Positions 1-10,622 are shown, counted from the first letter of the stretch. The stretch is DNA of 64,000 nt from Promethearchaeia archaeon (GCA_029856045.1 JAHQWG010000047.1:128001-192000); one strand, 5' to 3'. Made by a program: numbers and translations. Notes: a model not told the origin generated them from the letters alone.

Positions 1-1604
1 AGAATATAGATAATATCATTTCAGAGCTTGCTAATGTTAAAGCGGTTGTATCCCTTATTGCTGGGTTAATATTCGGGAGCGCTTCACTCTTCGCTTACTT
101 TGGACTCAAAAATATTAATCCGAAGATTCGCATTGAACGTCCGAAGTTTGAGATTTTCGCAGTATTTAGTACTATTTTCTTGATTTTTTCAGTAGGTTCA
201 GGTATATTTGTTTTTACACATTTTGTTACTTTCCCTGGAGCTAGCATTCTGGGTGGTACAGGATATACAGAGGGTCCCTGGCTCACATGGCATGATAATC
301 CAACTACAAGCATATGCATTAGCTGGTTAACTGCGGATGTAAATAATACGGTGGTTTATTATGGAACTTCTCAAGATAATCTTGATCAGCAACAAGTGGG
401 AACTGGAAATTATCTTCATAAGGTTTTTTTAACTGCATTACTCCCTAATACTATATATTTCTATTCCATTCCAGAAAATTTTGTCACCAACCATCAATCG
501 ACAATCTTTAATTTCACAACAGCACCATCTGTTGATCGGGCTTATAAATTTGCGGTATTTGGGGATATGCAACCGAAGAATACAATAACCAAGGAATCGA
601 ACCGAATTTTAGTTAATGGATTATTAAGTCAGGCAGATATTGATTTTCTGATTCAAATCGGTGACATAACCGAATCGGGAGAGGATTTCGAGGATTGGCA
701 TGATGTATTTGATAATCTTGCGCGAGTATCAGCATATTATCCTACAATGACTACAATCGGTAATCATGAATGGGGTTATATGGGGTATGCTGGTATATCC
801 TTGGATACAGGGTCTAATTATGCTGCTCTATTTACATATCCATATGTAAATCCCAATAATGGAAGATATTATTCATATGATTATCTGAATTCTCATTTCA
901 TTGTGCTTGATAATTTTGAGCATTTCTACTTTATGACAAATGAACAGATAAGTTGGCTTGACGAAGACCTTCAAACAGCGAGTTCAAGTGATAATACGGA
1001 TTGGATATTCGTCTCGATGCATCTTTCGATCATTTCAAGTGGATCATCTGCCGTATATTTCGAATTGCAGGAGAATTTGTTGCCGTTATTTGATAAATAT
1101 AATGTAACTGCAGTTTTCTACGGGCATGATCATATGTATGAAGCATTTAATTATACATATGGTGGAAATGGTTTAATATACAATCCTGCACATGATTGGG
1201 AACATAATGATGTACTTTACATAATGACTGGTGGTGGTGGGGCTCAACTAGAAAAAGAGTATGCAATCATGACAAGGGGGACCTCTTCATATCAACGAAC
1301 ATGGTACAATACATCTAGCGGTGTATATCAAAACAATATTTATACTCGAGGACCCTGGAATCCTTCACTCTTTTTTACAGGTGATTATTCCCCATCAGAT
1401 GGAAATCATTACTATCAGCTATCGGGTGAGGGTTGTCAAACGGATCTTGTAGATTTCGGTCATATATATTCTGAACAGACATTAGAATTTATTACCGTAA
1501 AAATTAATGGGAATCAGTGCAATATTAGTGCGCATTATCCAAACGGAGATCTTTTGATGGGACCAAATAATGATCTTCCGCAAGAATGGTTTTTAACAAA
1601 ATAA
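1..1604 (+). CDS. Membrane-anchored purple acid phosphatase-like metallophosphoesterase (5' partial)
   Basis: FN3-like N domain (ISWLT...VVYYGT...HKVFLTAL) and calcineurin-like motifs FGDMQ, IGDI, GNHE, MH, GHDH. The frame is open from position 3 (NIDNIISELANVKAVVSLIAGLIFG...), so the true start lies upstream of the window. Confidence 0.85.
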   Translation, partial: NIDNIISELANVKAVVSLIAGLIFGSASLFAYFGLKNINPKIRIERPKFEIFAVFSTIFLIFSVGSGIFVFTHFVTFPGASILGGTGYTEGPWLTWHDNPTTSICISWLTADVNNTVVYYGTSQDNLDQQQVGTGNYLHKVFLTALLPNTIYFYSIPENFVTNHQSTIFNFTTAPSVDRAYKFAVFGDMQPKNTITKESNRILVNGLLSQADIDFLIQIGDITESGEDFEDWHDVFDNLARVSAYYPTMTTIGNHEWGYMGYAGISLDTGSNYAALFTYPYVNPNNGRYYSYDYLNSHFIVLDNFEHFYFMTNEQISWLDEDLQTASSSDNTDWIFVSMHLSIISSGSSAVYFELQENLLPLFDKYNVTAVFYGHDHMYEAFNYTYGGNGLIYNPAHDWEHNDVLYIMTGGGGAQLEKEYAIMTRGTSSYQRTWYNTSSGVYQNNIYTRGPWNPSLFFTGDYSPSDGNHYYQLSGEGCQTDLVDFGHIYSEQTLEFITVKINGNQCNISAHYPNGDLLMGPNNDLPQEWFLTK

Positions 1605-1619
1605 AATTAAATTCCAACC

Positions 1620-1635
1620 TTTTTTCTTTTTTTTT
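1620..1635 (+). terminator. Oligo-T tract, putative archaeal intrinsic terminator
   Basis: TTTTTTCTTTTTTTTT 16 nt after the stop at 1604, between convergent genes. Confidence 0.4.
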
Positions 1636-1678
1636 GGAATTCTAATTATTATAATATAATATCAGAATGAAGATCTTT

Positions 1679-2089
1679 TTATTTTTCCAAGACTTTTAAT
1701 TCTGAAATATACATTAAAGGATATTCCAATTCATTAATCCATTTGATTTTGGCTTTAACTTCAATATTTTTAAATTGAACTACGAGATCAGCTTCGATTG
1801 TTTTACCAGAAATTTCATCGTAATCATATTCATTTTCTTTTATGCCTTTCAAATTTTCTCTTCTGAGGTTAATTTTAACGGATTTTACATAAGGTTGGCA
1901 TGATATTGCTTGTTCTATACCATTTTCAATTGATTTAATGACATTTTCATTTGTATTAATAGGAATTCCACATAAGATATGATAAAGAGCTCCTAATTTA
2001 ATACCTGTTTCAAAAGTTGCCCTCTCTTTATCCTTGAGATCTTTTGTAAAATGAATTTCTAACTTTTCTTCAGTATTATTCTTTTTCAA
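1679..2089 (-). CDS. mptD: Archaeal dihydroneopterin aldolase (MptD family)
   Basis: ERATFETGIKLGALYH...GIP and ELEYPLMYI are typical of MJ0408-type DHNA; overlaps the 3' end of RFAP synthase. Confidence 0.85.
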   Translation of the reverse strand: MKKNNTEEKLEIHFTKDLKDKERATFETGIKLGALYHILCGIPINTNENVIKSIENGIEQAISCQPYVKSVKINLRRENLKGIKENEYDYDEISGKTIEADLVVQFKNIEVKAKIKWINELEYPLMYISELKVLEK

Positions 2090-3086
2090 TTTTTATTTCT
2101 GCTCCAGTATTATTAGGTTTTGCAATTAAAACAGTACCTCCGACATCTTTAATGAATTCTTTACATTTAGGTTCTAAAATTTTTGCAGACTCATCATTTT
2201 CAGTAATTGCGACTACGCATGGTCCAAAAGAGGACATTCCATAAGCTTTTACTCCTTCTGCTTCTAAAAATTTCATTAATTTTTTAACAAATGGGTGTTG
2301 TAATTCTATTTCGATTTTCTTGAATCCAATTTTTTGGATTCGTTTTATTCCTTGTCCAAAACAATCTAAATCATTTTTAATTATTCCTGGTAAAACTTTC
2401 ATAATAATTTGATGTGAAACTTCATTGACTTCTTCTCGGTTAATTGGCGTATATTCTTGAAAGATATTTACTTCCTCCTGGTCATGAGCCCCTTGTTTTA
2501 CGTTAGGAATAATTATTATAAATCTCCAATTTTCGGGAATGGGGTATCTAATAAGAGTTAATGCAGGATCTGTTGATAAAGAAGCTGAAGAAGGCAGGTA
2601 AGTTGCTTTCTCTTTTTCATTACCAAAATCGTGCCCAGCATCCAAAATGAAGCCTCCTTGTTCAAAACCCCTCCATCCAATTCCAGACGTACCTCCTCTC
2701 CCAACTATTTTAGTAATCTTTTCTACGGGTAAATCTACCCCCTCTAATTTAGCTATTGCTAAACCGATTGCTAAGCTTAATTGGGTTTTTGATCCAATTC
2801 CTAAATGTTCCGGATAATATTCCTTAATTATGAAATGGTACTTTATATTTTTAACATTAAGAGCATTTGTTATAGCCTCAGTTTTTTCTTTAATGGTTGT
2901 TAAAAATCCATCATGAGGTTGATCAAATTCAATTTTTAACTCATCAGAATTATTGGAAGCCTCTATCACTATATTAGGGGATTCTAACATAAGACCAATC
3001 CCCCCATCAATTCTGCCAGTATACCCATTCTCATCAATTAAGGAGAAGTGCACTCTACACGGGGTTTTTATAGTGATTTTGATTAT
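2076..3086 (-). CDS. mptG: Beta-ribofuranosylaminobenzene 5'-phosphate (RFAP) synthase, GHMP family
   Basis: RIDGGIG, PEHLGIGSKTQL, GRGGTSGIG, GGFILDAGH, GMSSFGP. Start extended from the track's GTG (3053) to ATA 3086 (or ATC 3083) to include the conserved IKTPCRVH; GGTGA at 3095-3091. Confidence 0.88.
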   Translation of the reverse strand: MIKITIKTPCRVHFSLIDENGYTGRIDGGIGLMLESPNIVIEASNNSDELKIEFDQPHDGFLTTIKEKTEAITNALNVKNIKYHFIIKEYYPEHLGIGSKTQLSLAIGLAIAKLEGVDLPVEKITKIVGRGGTSGIGWRGFEQGGFILDAGHDFGNEKEKATYLPSSASLSTDPALTLIRYPIPENWRFIIIIPNVKQGAHDQEEVNIFQEYTPINREEVNEVSHQIIMKVLPGIIKNDLDCFGQGIKRIQKIGFKKIEIELQHPFVKKLMKFLEAEGVKAYGMSSFGPCVVAITENDESAKILEPKCKEFIKDVGGTVLIAKPNNTGAEIKIEKE

Positions 3087-3180
3087 AACTTCACCAAGGC
3101 AATTGACAAAAATAAATAACTTCTATCAAATATTCTAGCATATCATTAATTTTTAAGTTTATTAAAATTGTGAAACAAAA

Positions 3181-4569
3181 ATGAGTGATTTAGAAGGTCT
3201 TACAAGAAACCTGCTTAGAAAACAAAATTCTAAAACTGAAATCATTGAAAGATTAAAGCAAGAATATCTTGATTACAAAAATATATCTCCTCAAGAGGCA
3301 GAATTATTATCAAATGCAATCTATGAGGAATGTGTAAAGAGTGATACAAATTCGATAAGAAATAAATTTATTAAAAATCTACTCGAAATTCCTACAGCTA
3401 ATGTTTCAATTGGAAAACAAGGAGTTGGATGTAGAGGTCTAGGAGATTTTTTTGTGCATAAATTAATTGCTGAGCTTTCTATTACGAAAAGTGAGGCGTT
3501 CTTGGGACCCACTTCTCTTGATGATGCTGGAGCAATTCAATTGGGGAATTATACTGATTTCAAAGGAAGAGAATTTGTCAATTCCGATGTATTTATTGTT
3601 TCAAAAATGGAAGGTATTCACTCTCGATTAAGTGATTTCCCATTTATTTGTGGATTTCATGTAACAAGGGCTGCACTTCGAGATTTATATGTTAAGGGAG
3701 CAAAACCGATTTCGATTATGGTAGATGTTCATTTAGGTGACGATGCTGATGTTGGAAAACTTTTTGATTTTATGGTTGGGATCTCAACAATTTCCGAATT
3801 AACTAATGTTCCTATAACTGCAGGATCTACTTTAAGAATTGGGGGTGATATGGTAATTGGAGATCGGCTTGTGGGGGGAATAGCTGCAGTAGGTGTTTGT
3901 AAAAGAATTTTAGCTAGACGAAATATAATTCCCGGCAATAAAATATTAATGACTGAAGGAGCCGGAGGGGGCACGATCACAACTACTGCGATTTATTCAG
4001 GTAATCATGAGGTTGTTAAAGAAACCCTTAATATTAAATTTCTAAAAGCATGTGAGAAACTGTTGTCTTCTGATTACACAGATAAGATCCATTGCATGTG
4101 TGATGTGACTAATGGAGGTTTAAGAGGAGATTTATATGAGATTAATTATGAAGCAAAATGCGGAGTATTAATTCAAGAAAAAAAAGTAAAGGAATTGGTG
4201 AATCCCAGAGTCTTAGATCTTCTAAATAAAACGGGAGTAGATTATTTAGGTGTATCGTTAGATTCACTCTTAATATATTGTGATGAAAAGATAAGCGAAA
4301 ATATAATCAATGACTTAAAGGATATTGATATTAAATGTTCTGAAATTGGTCTTGTTGATGATTCAAATGAAGTGAGATTTGCCTCTGCAGATAAAAATTT
4401 TGCAACAATTCTCCCGAGATTTAGAGAATCTGCTTATACTAAAATAAAAAAGCAGATCGGAGAAAAAACTCCTGAGGATTACAAACAAATGGAAATAATG
4501 GTCAATTCTGCTGCAAAAAAAGCTCTAAATAAAAGAAAAGAAATTCTAAATTATATTAATTCGAATTAA
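3181..4569 (+). CDS. AIR synthase/HypE/ThiL-like (PurM superfamily) protein, conserved archaeal family
   Basis: GVGCRGLGDFFVH, LDDAG, EGIHSRLSDFPF, GSTLRIGGDMV, MCDVTNGGLRGD. Confidence 0.8.
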   Translation: MSDLEGLTRNLLRKQNSKTEIIERLKQEYLDYKNISPQEAELLSNAIYEECVKSDTNSIRNKFIKNLLEIPTANVSIGKQGVGCRGLGDFFVHKLIAELSITKSEAFLGPTSLDDAGAIQLGNYTDFKGREFVNSDVFIVSKMEGIHSRLSDFPFICGFHVTRAALRDLYVKGAKPISIMVDVHLGDDADVGKLFDFMVGISTISELTNVPITAGSTLRIGGDMVIGDRLVGGIAAVGVCKRILARRNIIPGNKILMTEGAGGGTITTTAIYSGNHEVVKETLNIKFLKACEKLLSSDYTDKIHCMCDVTNGGLRGDLYEINYEAKCGVLIQEKKVKELVNPRVLDLLNKTGVDYLGVSLDSLLIYCDEKISENIINDLKDIDIKCSEIGLVDDSNEVRFASADKNFATILPRFRESAYTKIKKQIGEKTPEDYKQMEIMVNSAAKKALNKRKEILNYINSN

Positions 4570-4586
4570 AACAAATAATTAAAATT

Positions 4587-5651
4587 TTGAACTATTTTAC
4601 TAAAAGTGACCTAATTAATAGTTTAAAAGGGTTAATAGCATACATAGAATTAAATTATAACGAAGGCACGGTTGTTGTTTCTGAATATGGTGCGCGAGTA
4701 TTAGGTATGTTTCCAAAAAAGGAATGCATTAATCTTCTATGGGTTAATCCTTTAATAAAAGATCTTATTACTAAAAACGAGTGGAATATTGGCGGTGATC
4801 GGTACTGGATTAGTCCTGAGAGGTTATTTTTCTATAAAAATCCTGAATCGTGGGAAAGTTGGTTTTGTCCTGAAGGGCTCGATCCTGCAGATTTTAAAAT
4901 AACCTCTTCTTCCAATACAAGTTGTCTTATTACTTCAGATATTTCTTTAACTAATCAATTAAATAAAAAAACTTATAATGGTAAAATAAAGCGATACATT
5001 TCATTGGTTAAGGAACCAATTAAAACTGGAGTTGCATATTGTGGGATTCAATATTTAGATGATTGTACGCTTTTCGTACCCGATCTACAAATTAATGGTT
5101 GGACTTTAACTCAGATAATATCGGGTGGTACTGAGAATCCAGGTACTGTGTTGATTCCAACTAAGAAAAATCCTAAACCTCAATCCTATTTTAGAACTAT
5201 TCCAAACGACCGTATAAAAATAATGGATACATATGTTGCGTTCAAAATTGATGTTGACGATATCTATAAACTTGCAATTCGACCAGAAGATATTGATTTA
5301 AAGCGAGCAGGAAAAATTGGTTATATATTAAAAATTCCAAATTCAGAGGATTATTGTTTTATGATTAAGATTTCTTTTGATATTCCTGATTCTCAAGAAC
5401 AATGCTTTGATATATCCAGAGATCACCCTGATGCTGAAATTGGAGTAATTCAATCCTATAACGCTGAATCTCCAGACAAAAGTAATCTAATGTTTGGTGA
5501 AATAGAACTACAATTAAACCCATTCAGAACCGTTTACCAAAAATCTCAAGGATTTGCTAAACATCAATTATTCGGATATCTTGGTACAAAAGAAGAAATT
5601 CTAAATGTTGTTGAAAAATATCTTGGAATTTTAAACCCGAAACTATTTTAA
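4587..5651 (+). CDS. Conserved hypothetical protein (DUF6786-like beta-rich fold)
   Basis: 354 aa; YGARVLG...NLLWVN...WNIGGDRYWISPE; family assignment from recall only. Confidence 0.55.
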   Translation: MNYFTKSDLINSLKGLIAYIELNYNEGTVVVSEYGARVLGMFPKKECINLLWVNPLIKDLITKNEWNIGGDRYWISPERLFFYKNPESWESWFCPEGLDPADFKITSSSNTSCLITSDISLTNQLNKKTYNGKIKRYISLVKEPIKTGVAYCGIQYLDDCTLFVPDLQINGWTLTQIISGGTENPGTVLIPTKKNPKPQSYFRTIPNDRIKIMDTYVAFKIDVDDIYKLAIRPEDIDLKRAGKIGYILKIPNSEDYCFMIKISFDIPDSQEQCFDISRDHPDAEIGVIQSYNAESPDKSNLMFGEIELQLNPFRTVYQKSQGFAKHQLFGYLGTKEEILNVVEKYLGILNPKLF

Positions 5652-5751
5652 AATTATCACTAAGAAAATTCTGAAATCTAAAATTAATTATCAATAAGGT
5701 TTTATTGAAAATATGAAAGGAATAAAATAAATAAAATCGATTTTTTATTTT

Positions 5752-7095
5752 TTATTTTAGGAAATTATAAGCCCATAGAGTGTAAACTTTTATTGCGTTA
5801 ATAAAATCTTCAATTTCCACATTTTCATTAATGGCATGTGCTGTAGCAGCATTTCCAGGGCCAAAAAGAATTGTTTTTTCGCAATATTTACTATTACGAT
5901 AATATTGAGCATCACTTGTTGCTGGGAATAAGAAATTTATCGGCTTTTTCTTATAGATTTTTTCAACTATATTATTAAAATCTTTTAACTTTTGAGATTC
6001 ATCCCAATTTCTCCAATAAGAAGGTTCTGATTGAAGAAAAACATCCAAATAAACAAAAACCTGGTTGGGTTTTCCTTTAGGGCTATCACTAAGTTCATAG
6101 CCTAAATCAATAATTAATTTTTTTAAAGCGTTGATCACCATTTCTGAATTTTGACCAGGTAATAACCTAAAATCAATGATTGCTTCACAATGATCAGGAA
6201 CGATATTCTCTTTAACTCCTCCGTTTATCATATTCATACTATTAGTTGATTGTAATAGGGATTTCAAAATACTTTGCAATTGTGGTTGCTCGTTGTAAAT
6301 TCTCTTGAAAGTTTCTTCATTTGGGAAAGCGGAACTTAGAAGTTTTAAAAGCGCTTTTTCAGGCATTGGAGGATCTACATCAGGAATCTCTAACTTATCT
6401 AAATTTTCAATAATTTCGGACATCATATAAATAGCGTTTTTACCTTGAAATGCAATAGAACTATGACATGCAATGCCATTTGTGATAATTTTTACTTGAA
6501 CAATACCTTTTTCGCCAAGAATGATGGCTTTAGGTAATGGATTATACCCTGTAGCTTCTCCTACAATAACAAAATCACATTTAATTGATTTCATTTTGTT
6601 TTCAATAAACCATTTTGTCCCCATTTTTCCGCCAGTCTCTTCGTCTGGAACCGCATTTAATATCAAATTACCAGCAAGTTTAATATTTAATTTTTTCAAT
6701 ATTTTTAAAGTAATAATCATTGCCGCTAATCCTGACTTCATATCTGTAGTTCCGCGCCCATACATAATCTTATTTCGCTTAATAAAACCTGAAAGAGGAT
6801 CATATTTCCAATCATCCAAAGAAGAAGGAGGGACTGTATCCATATGCCCATTATAAAGGAGGTTAGGACCATCAAAATTATCATTTAAAGTGGCGATTAA
6901 ATTAGCCCGATTATCTCCAAAAGGAAAAATCTCACTTTCAATACCGGCTTCTTTCAAATATTTTTCAATCTCAACAGCCAAGTCCATTTCATTTCCAGGA
7001 GGATTATAGGTGTTAATTTGTATCAATCGTTGTAAAAAATTAATATATTCCTCTCTGTTGGACTCAATTTCATTAAGAATGGATTCTTCAGTCAT
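5752..7095 (-). CDS. M20 family metallopeptidase/deacylase (ArgE/DapE-like)
   Basis: NGHMDTVP, GRGTTDMKSG, DEETGG, GEAT, GPG...AHAINE. Confidence 0.9.
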   Translation of the reverse strand: MTEESILNEIESNREEYINFLQRLIQINTYNPPGNEMDLAVEIEKYLKEAGIESEIFPFGDNRANLIATLNDNFDGPNLLYNGHMDTVPPSSLDDWKYDPLSGFIKRNKIMYGRGTTDMKSGLAAMIITLKILKKLNIKLAGNLILNAVPDEETGGKMGTKWFIENKMKSIKCDFVIVGEATGYNPLPKAIILGEKGIVQVKIITNGIACHSSIAFQGKNAIYMMSEIIENLDKLEIPDVDPPMPEKALLKLLSSAFPNEETFKRIYNEQPQLQSILKSLLQSTNSMNMINGGVKENIVPDHCEAIIDFRLLPGQNSEMVINALKKLIIDLGYELSDSPKGKPNQVFVYLDVFLQSEPSYWRNWDESQKLKDFNNIVEKIYKKKPINFLFPATSDAQYYRNSKYCEKTILFGPGNAATAHAINENVEIEDFINAIKVYTLWAYNFLK

Positions 7096-7116
7096 AATAA
7101 AATCTATGTGATTTAT

Positions 7117-7899
7117 TTATTTTAAAATTTGAGATATAATACTACAAAATTCTTTATAGGTTTTATTATTTCTTGGTAATTCCAAGATCGATGTTCCTAT
7201 AAAATTAAATTCACTAATTTCTTCATCTTCGGGAATAAAACCTAATAGTTTAACATTTTTTTTGAGAATTTTTTTGACCTCTCCCTCTAACTGCGATTTT
7301 AATCCATCTGAAAATCTATTTCCAATAACCCAGATATTCTTAAACTCTAACGTTAATTCATCAGTGATTTCGATAATTCTATTCATTGTATGAAAGCCCA
7401 TCTTACTGGGATCAGTCACAATTACCAAATCATCCACATCTTTATCCGTTTTTCTTGCAAAATGCTCAAGTCCAGCTGGCATATCCAAAATTGTGATCGA
7501 ATAGTTTTTCGAAATATCTTCAAGAATAGTCTTTAAAATTGAGTTAATATAACAATAACATCCCTCCCCCTCGCTCCTTCCCATTACCATTAAATCAAAT
7601 TTATCCTCTTCTATTAGTGAATCATAAACTTCCGCTTCTATCATTTGATTTTTAGATATACCTGGAGGTAAAGACCTATTAGCAATTTGATGTTTTAACT
7701 CAGTAGTAATTCCACCCACCGTATCCTTAAAAGGAACCTCCTTTCCTAAAAGATCAGCAATGTTTGAATCGGGATCGGCATCAATAACCAATATCTCAAG
7801 ATCGGGATAATTATTAATGAGATATTTTAAAAAAAGAGTTGCAAGAGTGGATTTTCCAACTCCACCTTTTCCTGAAAAGCTGATTTTCTTTTTTTTCAA
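7117..7899 (-). CDS. cooC: CO dehydrogenase/ACS nickel-insertion ATPase (CooC/AcsF)
   Basis: SGKGGVGKST, IDADPDSN, GEGCYC, DMPAGLEH. Confidence 0.9.
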   Translation of the reverse strand: MKKKKISFSGKGGVGKSTLATLFLKYLINNYPDLEILVIDADPDSNIADLLGKEVPFKDTVGGITTELKHQIANRSLPPGISKNQMIEAEVYDSLIEEDKFDLMVMGRSEGEGCYCYINSILKTILEDISKNYSITILDMPAGLEHFARKTDKDVDDLVIVTDPSKMGFHTMNRIIEITDELTLEFKNIWVIGNRFSDGLKSQLEGEVKKILKKNVKLLGFIPEDEEISEFNFIGTSILELPRNNKTYKEFCSIISQILK

Positions 7900-7935
7900 T
7901 TTAATTTACAAATAATAGTATTTATCAAAATTATT

Positions 7936-8754
7936 TTATTCACGCATTATAGGAACAATTTTTGACTCAAAATCCTCTCTATTATATGGAAATTCCTCAT
8001 CAGAACTTATTTGACCGATTAATCTGAGTACTTCTCGAGCCAATAAAAAGAATACTAAGCCAAGAGCCTTTTTACCTCTGTTATTGGCAGGAATTGCCAG
8101 GTCTACGTTTGCTAGATCATCATCAGTATCAATGAGCGATAAGACTGGAATTCGTGCTATTTTTGCTTCTTTCAGAGCTTGTTTATCTGCATGTGGATCA
8201 ACAATTATTACTAATGAAACGTTTCTAATGTAAGCCTCCATGTTTGGGTTAGTTAACGAGCCGGGAACAAATCTAATATCCCTCGCAATCACATTCTTAC
8301 CTAATACTTCCGAAAATTTTCTTATAGGCTCTTTTCCATACCTCCTCACAGAAGATATAACAATCTTAGATGATTCGTCATGAGTTTTCCCTTCTTCTAT
8401 AAATTTGGCAATCCATTTGGCAGCAATGTGAAGTCTTTCTTCAGTTCGGCGTATATTGAGAACGTAGAGTCCGTAATTGGTTTGCCTGTAAATAAAGTCA
8501 TTACTGGCGCTAAAATGGTTGAGGTGAATATTTCTAAGTTTTCCACTTAAAATCTTCGTTCCAATATGAATTCCACTACTTAAAAACATCTGCTTAATCT
8601 CCTCATCCATCTCCTCAACTTCTTCTTCCTCAGGCTTTTCTTCTACAGGAATAATAAATTCTTCTTCAACTTCTTCTTCCTCAATTTCTTCAAAATCTTC
8701 CTTAAAATCCTCCTCGAAATCTTCCTTTAATCCATCGTCTTTTTTCTCTGACAT
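7936..8754 (-). CDS. rps2: 30S ribosomal protein S2 (uS2) with acidic N-terminal extension
   Basis: SGIHIGTK, GLYVLNI, RFVPGSLTNP, DPHADKQALKEA, DLAIPANNRGKKAL. Confidence 0.93.
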   Translation of the reverse strand: MSEKKDDGLKEDFEEDFKEDFEEIEEEEVEEEFIIPVEEKPEEEEVEEMDEEIKQMFLSSGIHIGTKILSGKLRNIHLNHFSASNDFIYRQTNYGLYVLNIRRTEERLHIAAKWIAKFIEEGKTHDESSKIVISSVRRYGKEPIRKFSEVLGKNVIARDIRFVPGSLTNPNMEAYIRNVSLVIIVDPHADKQALKEAKIARIPVLSLIDTDDDLANVDLAIPANNRGKKALGLVFFLLAREVLRLIGQISSDEEFPYNREDFESKIVPIMRE

Positions 8755-8932
8755 AATATCTCTGACACAGTATCTTTTATAAGCTTAATATTAAACTCTA
8801 ATAAAATATAACTTTAATAATTTTTGATTTCTAAAAAAAAAGATTAAAATTTAAGTTCTTACGTTATATTCTAAATAAATAACAGTCCGAAAAAAAGTTA
8901 AAATTTTAAATTGCATATAAGAGAGAAAAAAA

Positions 8933-9445
8933 ATGAGAAAAATTGGAAGATTACCAATTGGAATTATCGTAGGAATATTTGCTAGTTTTTTTTTGGCTTG
9001 GGGATTTTCCGCATGGGCAGATTTCAGCGATATGATTACAACTTTGCAAACTTCCCCGAGCACAGGACTGTATAGATGGATTGGAAAGGCATTTTCATTA
9101 GATTTAAATTTAATTGGTTTCTTTTCCCACTTGCCTTCTAATTTTGTGGGAGTAATAACGGGATTATTTAGCGGTAATATGCTTGCATGGATTTTTACGG
9201 GAGGAATTGCAGCCTGTATCACTAAGGGAACTAAAAGAGGGATCGTTGCTGCATTATTAGTTTTTGTAATCGATTTTCTTATATGGATTCTTTTTGCTAT
9301 TTTATCTGGAGTGGATTTGTTAAGCATGTTTTCTGGTGAAGATTTAATAATTACATTGGGAATTATTCTAGGCGGAACTCTAGGTTCATTAATAGGAGGT
9401 TTCACATTCGGTTTTGCCTCCGGTCCATATGAAGATATAATCTAA
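8933..9445 (+). CDS. Hypothetical multi-pass membrane protein
   Basis: 170 aa with about 4 Gly-rich hydrophobic segments. Confidence 0.7.
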   Translation: MRKIGRLPIGIIVGIFASFFLAWGFSAWADFSDMITTLQTSPSTGLYRWIGKAFSLDLNLIGFFSHLPSNFVGVITGLFSGNMLAWIFTGGIAACITKGTKRGIVAALLVFVIDFLIWILFAILSGVDLLSMFSGEDLIITLGIILGGTLGSLIGGFTFGFASGPYEDII

Positions 9446-9553
9446 TTATGAGATATGCAATATATCAATAATTTAAAAAAAAAAAATGAAATTTTAATTT
9501 TCTAAAATTTCTAATATATTTTAAAAAAAAAAGTCTATTTAATCGTTAGACGT

Positions 9554-10492
9554 TTAATTATTGTATTTTAAAACGTTATCTCCTTTATCGACATTTCCGA
9601 TTAAGCGAGCGCATACATCACATTTAACTCGGAGGATTAAAAAAACATTTTTTAATTTAATTTTATCAAATAATGACATGAATGTTTCTAGATTTGCCTG
9701 TCCTTTAGCAATAATTAACGGTTCGTTTATAAGCCATTGTAAAAATTTGGGCTCTACTAATTCTGGGTCAATTCCATAAGAATTTGATCCTGTAGTGATA
9801 ACATTTTCTGTAAATTCTTCTAGTTTAACCATGTTGGCGTCATCTAATGTGGCATCATTTGTGATTGATCCTCCTTTTACAATTGCAGTGGATTTAATAC
9901 CATTTTCTTTTAATAATCTCATTAAAATTTTATCAAACACTATTTCGCCGGCATTATCGAGGATATAGCATACTTTTTTATATTTATTGAGTTTTTCGAT
10001 TAATTGATCTATTTGATTTATTTTTAATCCTTGAGTTTTAATTTGGTAAAACTCTTGTTTAATATTTTCTGGATCAAGATTAATTTCATGGCCAGCAGTG
10101 CCAAAATCGATTATATTTCCAGTTATCGAGCCAAGAATTGCGAAATATAATTTTTCTTTAAAAGTTTTACCTTTATTTATTTCCTTCCAAAAGAAGTCTT
10201 CAAGGTTTAGAATCGTTTTATTACTAAGTTCTTTTAGGTTTTTATAAGGGTCTTTTATACCGGTAATATTTTTTATGGATTCATACACTTTTGCAGAAAA
10301 TCTAAAGGGATAGCTATATTCAGAAAATTCTTCTCCTAAAGTTTTGAGAATTTGTTTTATTCCTCTAAATTTAATTTCTTCCTTTTTTTCTTTATTAAGA
10401 TTTACTTGTTCCAGAGAAAGATTAAGGGTTTTACATGCTATTTCAAATATGCATGAGGCGCAAATTGGTTCGACGTAGGTTTTTTTTCGCAT
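9554..10492 (-). CDS. ARMT1-like (DUF89) damage-control phosphatase
   Basis: CASC, DPYKNLK, GNIIDFG, LDNAGEIVFD, ITNDAT, AKGQANLE, KCDVCA. Confidence 0.9.
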   Translation of the reverse strand: MRKKTYVEPICASCIFEIACKTLNLSLEQVNLNKEKKEEIKFRGIKQILKTLGEEFSEYSYPFRFSAKVYESIKNITGIKDPYKNLKELSNKTILNLEDFFWKEINKGKTFKEKLYFAILGSITGNIIDFGTAGHEINLDPENIKQEFYQIKTQGLKINQIDQLIEKLNKYKKVCYILDNAGEIVFDKILMRLLKENGIKSTAIVKGGSITNDATLDDANMVKLEEFTENVITTGSNSYGIDPELVEPKFLQWLINEPLIIAKGQANLETFMSLFDKIKLKNVFLILRVKCDVCARLIGNVDKGDNVLKYNN

Positions 10493-10622
10493 AGGAGCAT
10501 TACTTCAAGGAATTGATAACATTATTATGGATAAAATAATATTATTACTATAATTACTATTAAAAAAATTTTCTGGAAATTTATCAATTTTACGCTCAAA
10601 ATCAAAGGCTTAAGCTAAGGAA

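Noticed and set aside
8851-9405. 184-aa antisense ORF, and the many other 60-150 aa ORFs overlapping recognised genes (e.g. 6521-6856, 34661-34984, 35543-35893, 59202-59663, 63503-63844)
   Set aside because: Shadow frames of well-supported genes with no recognisable motifs
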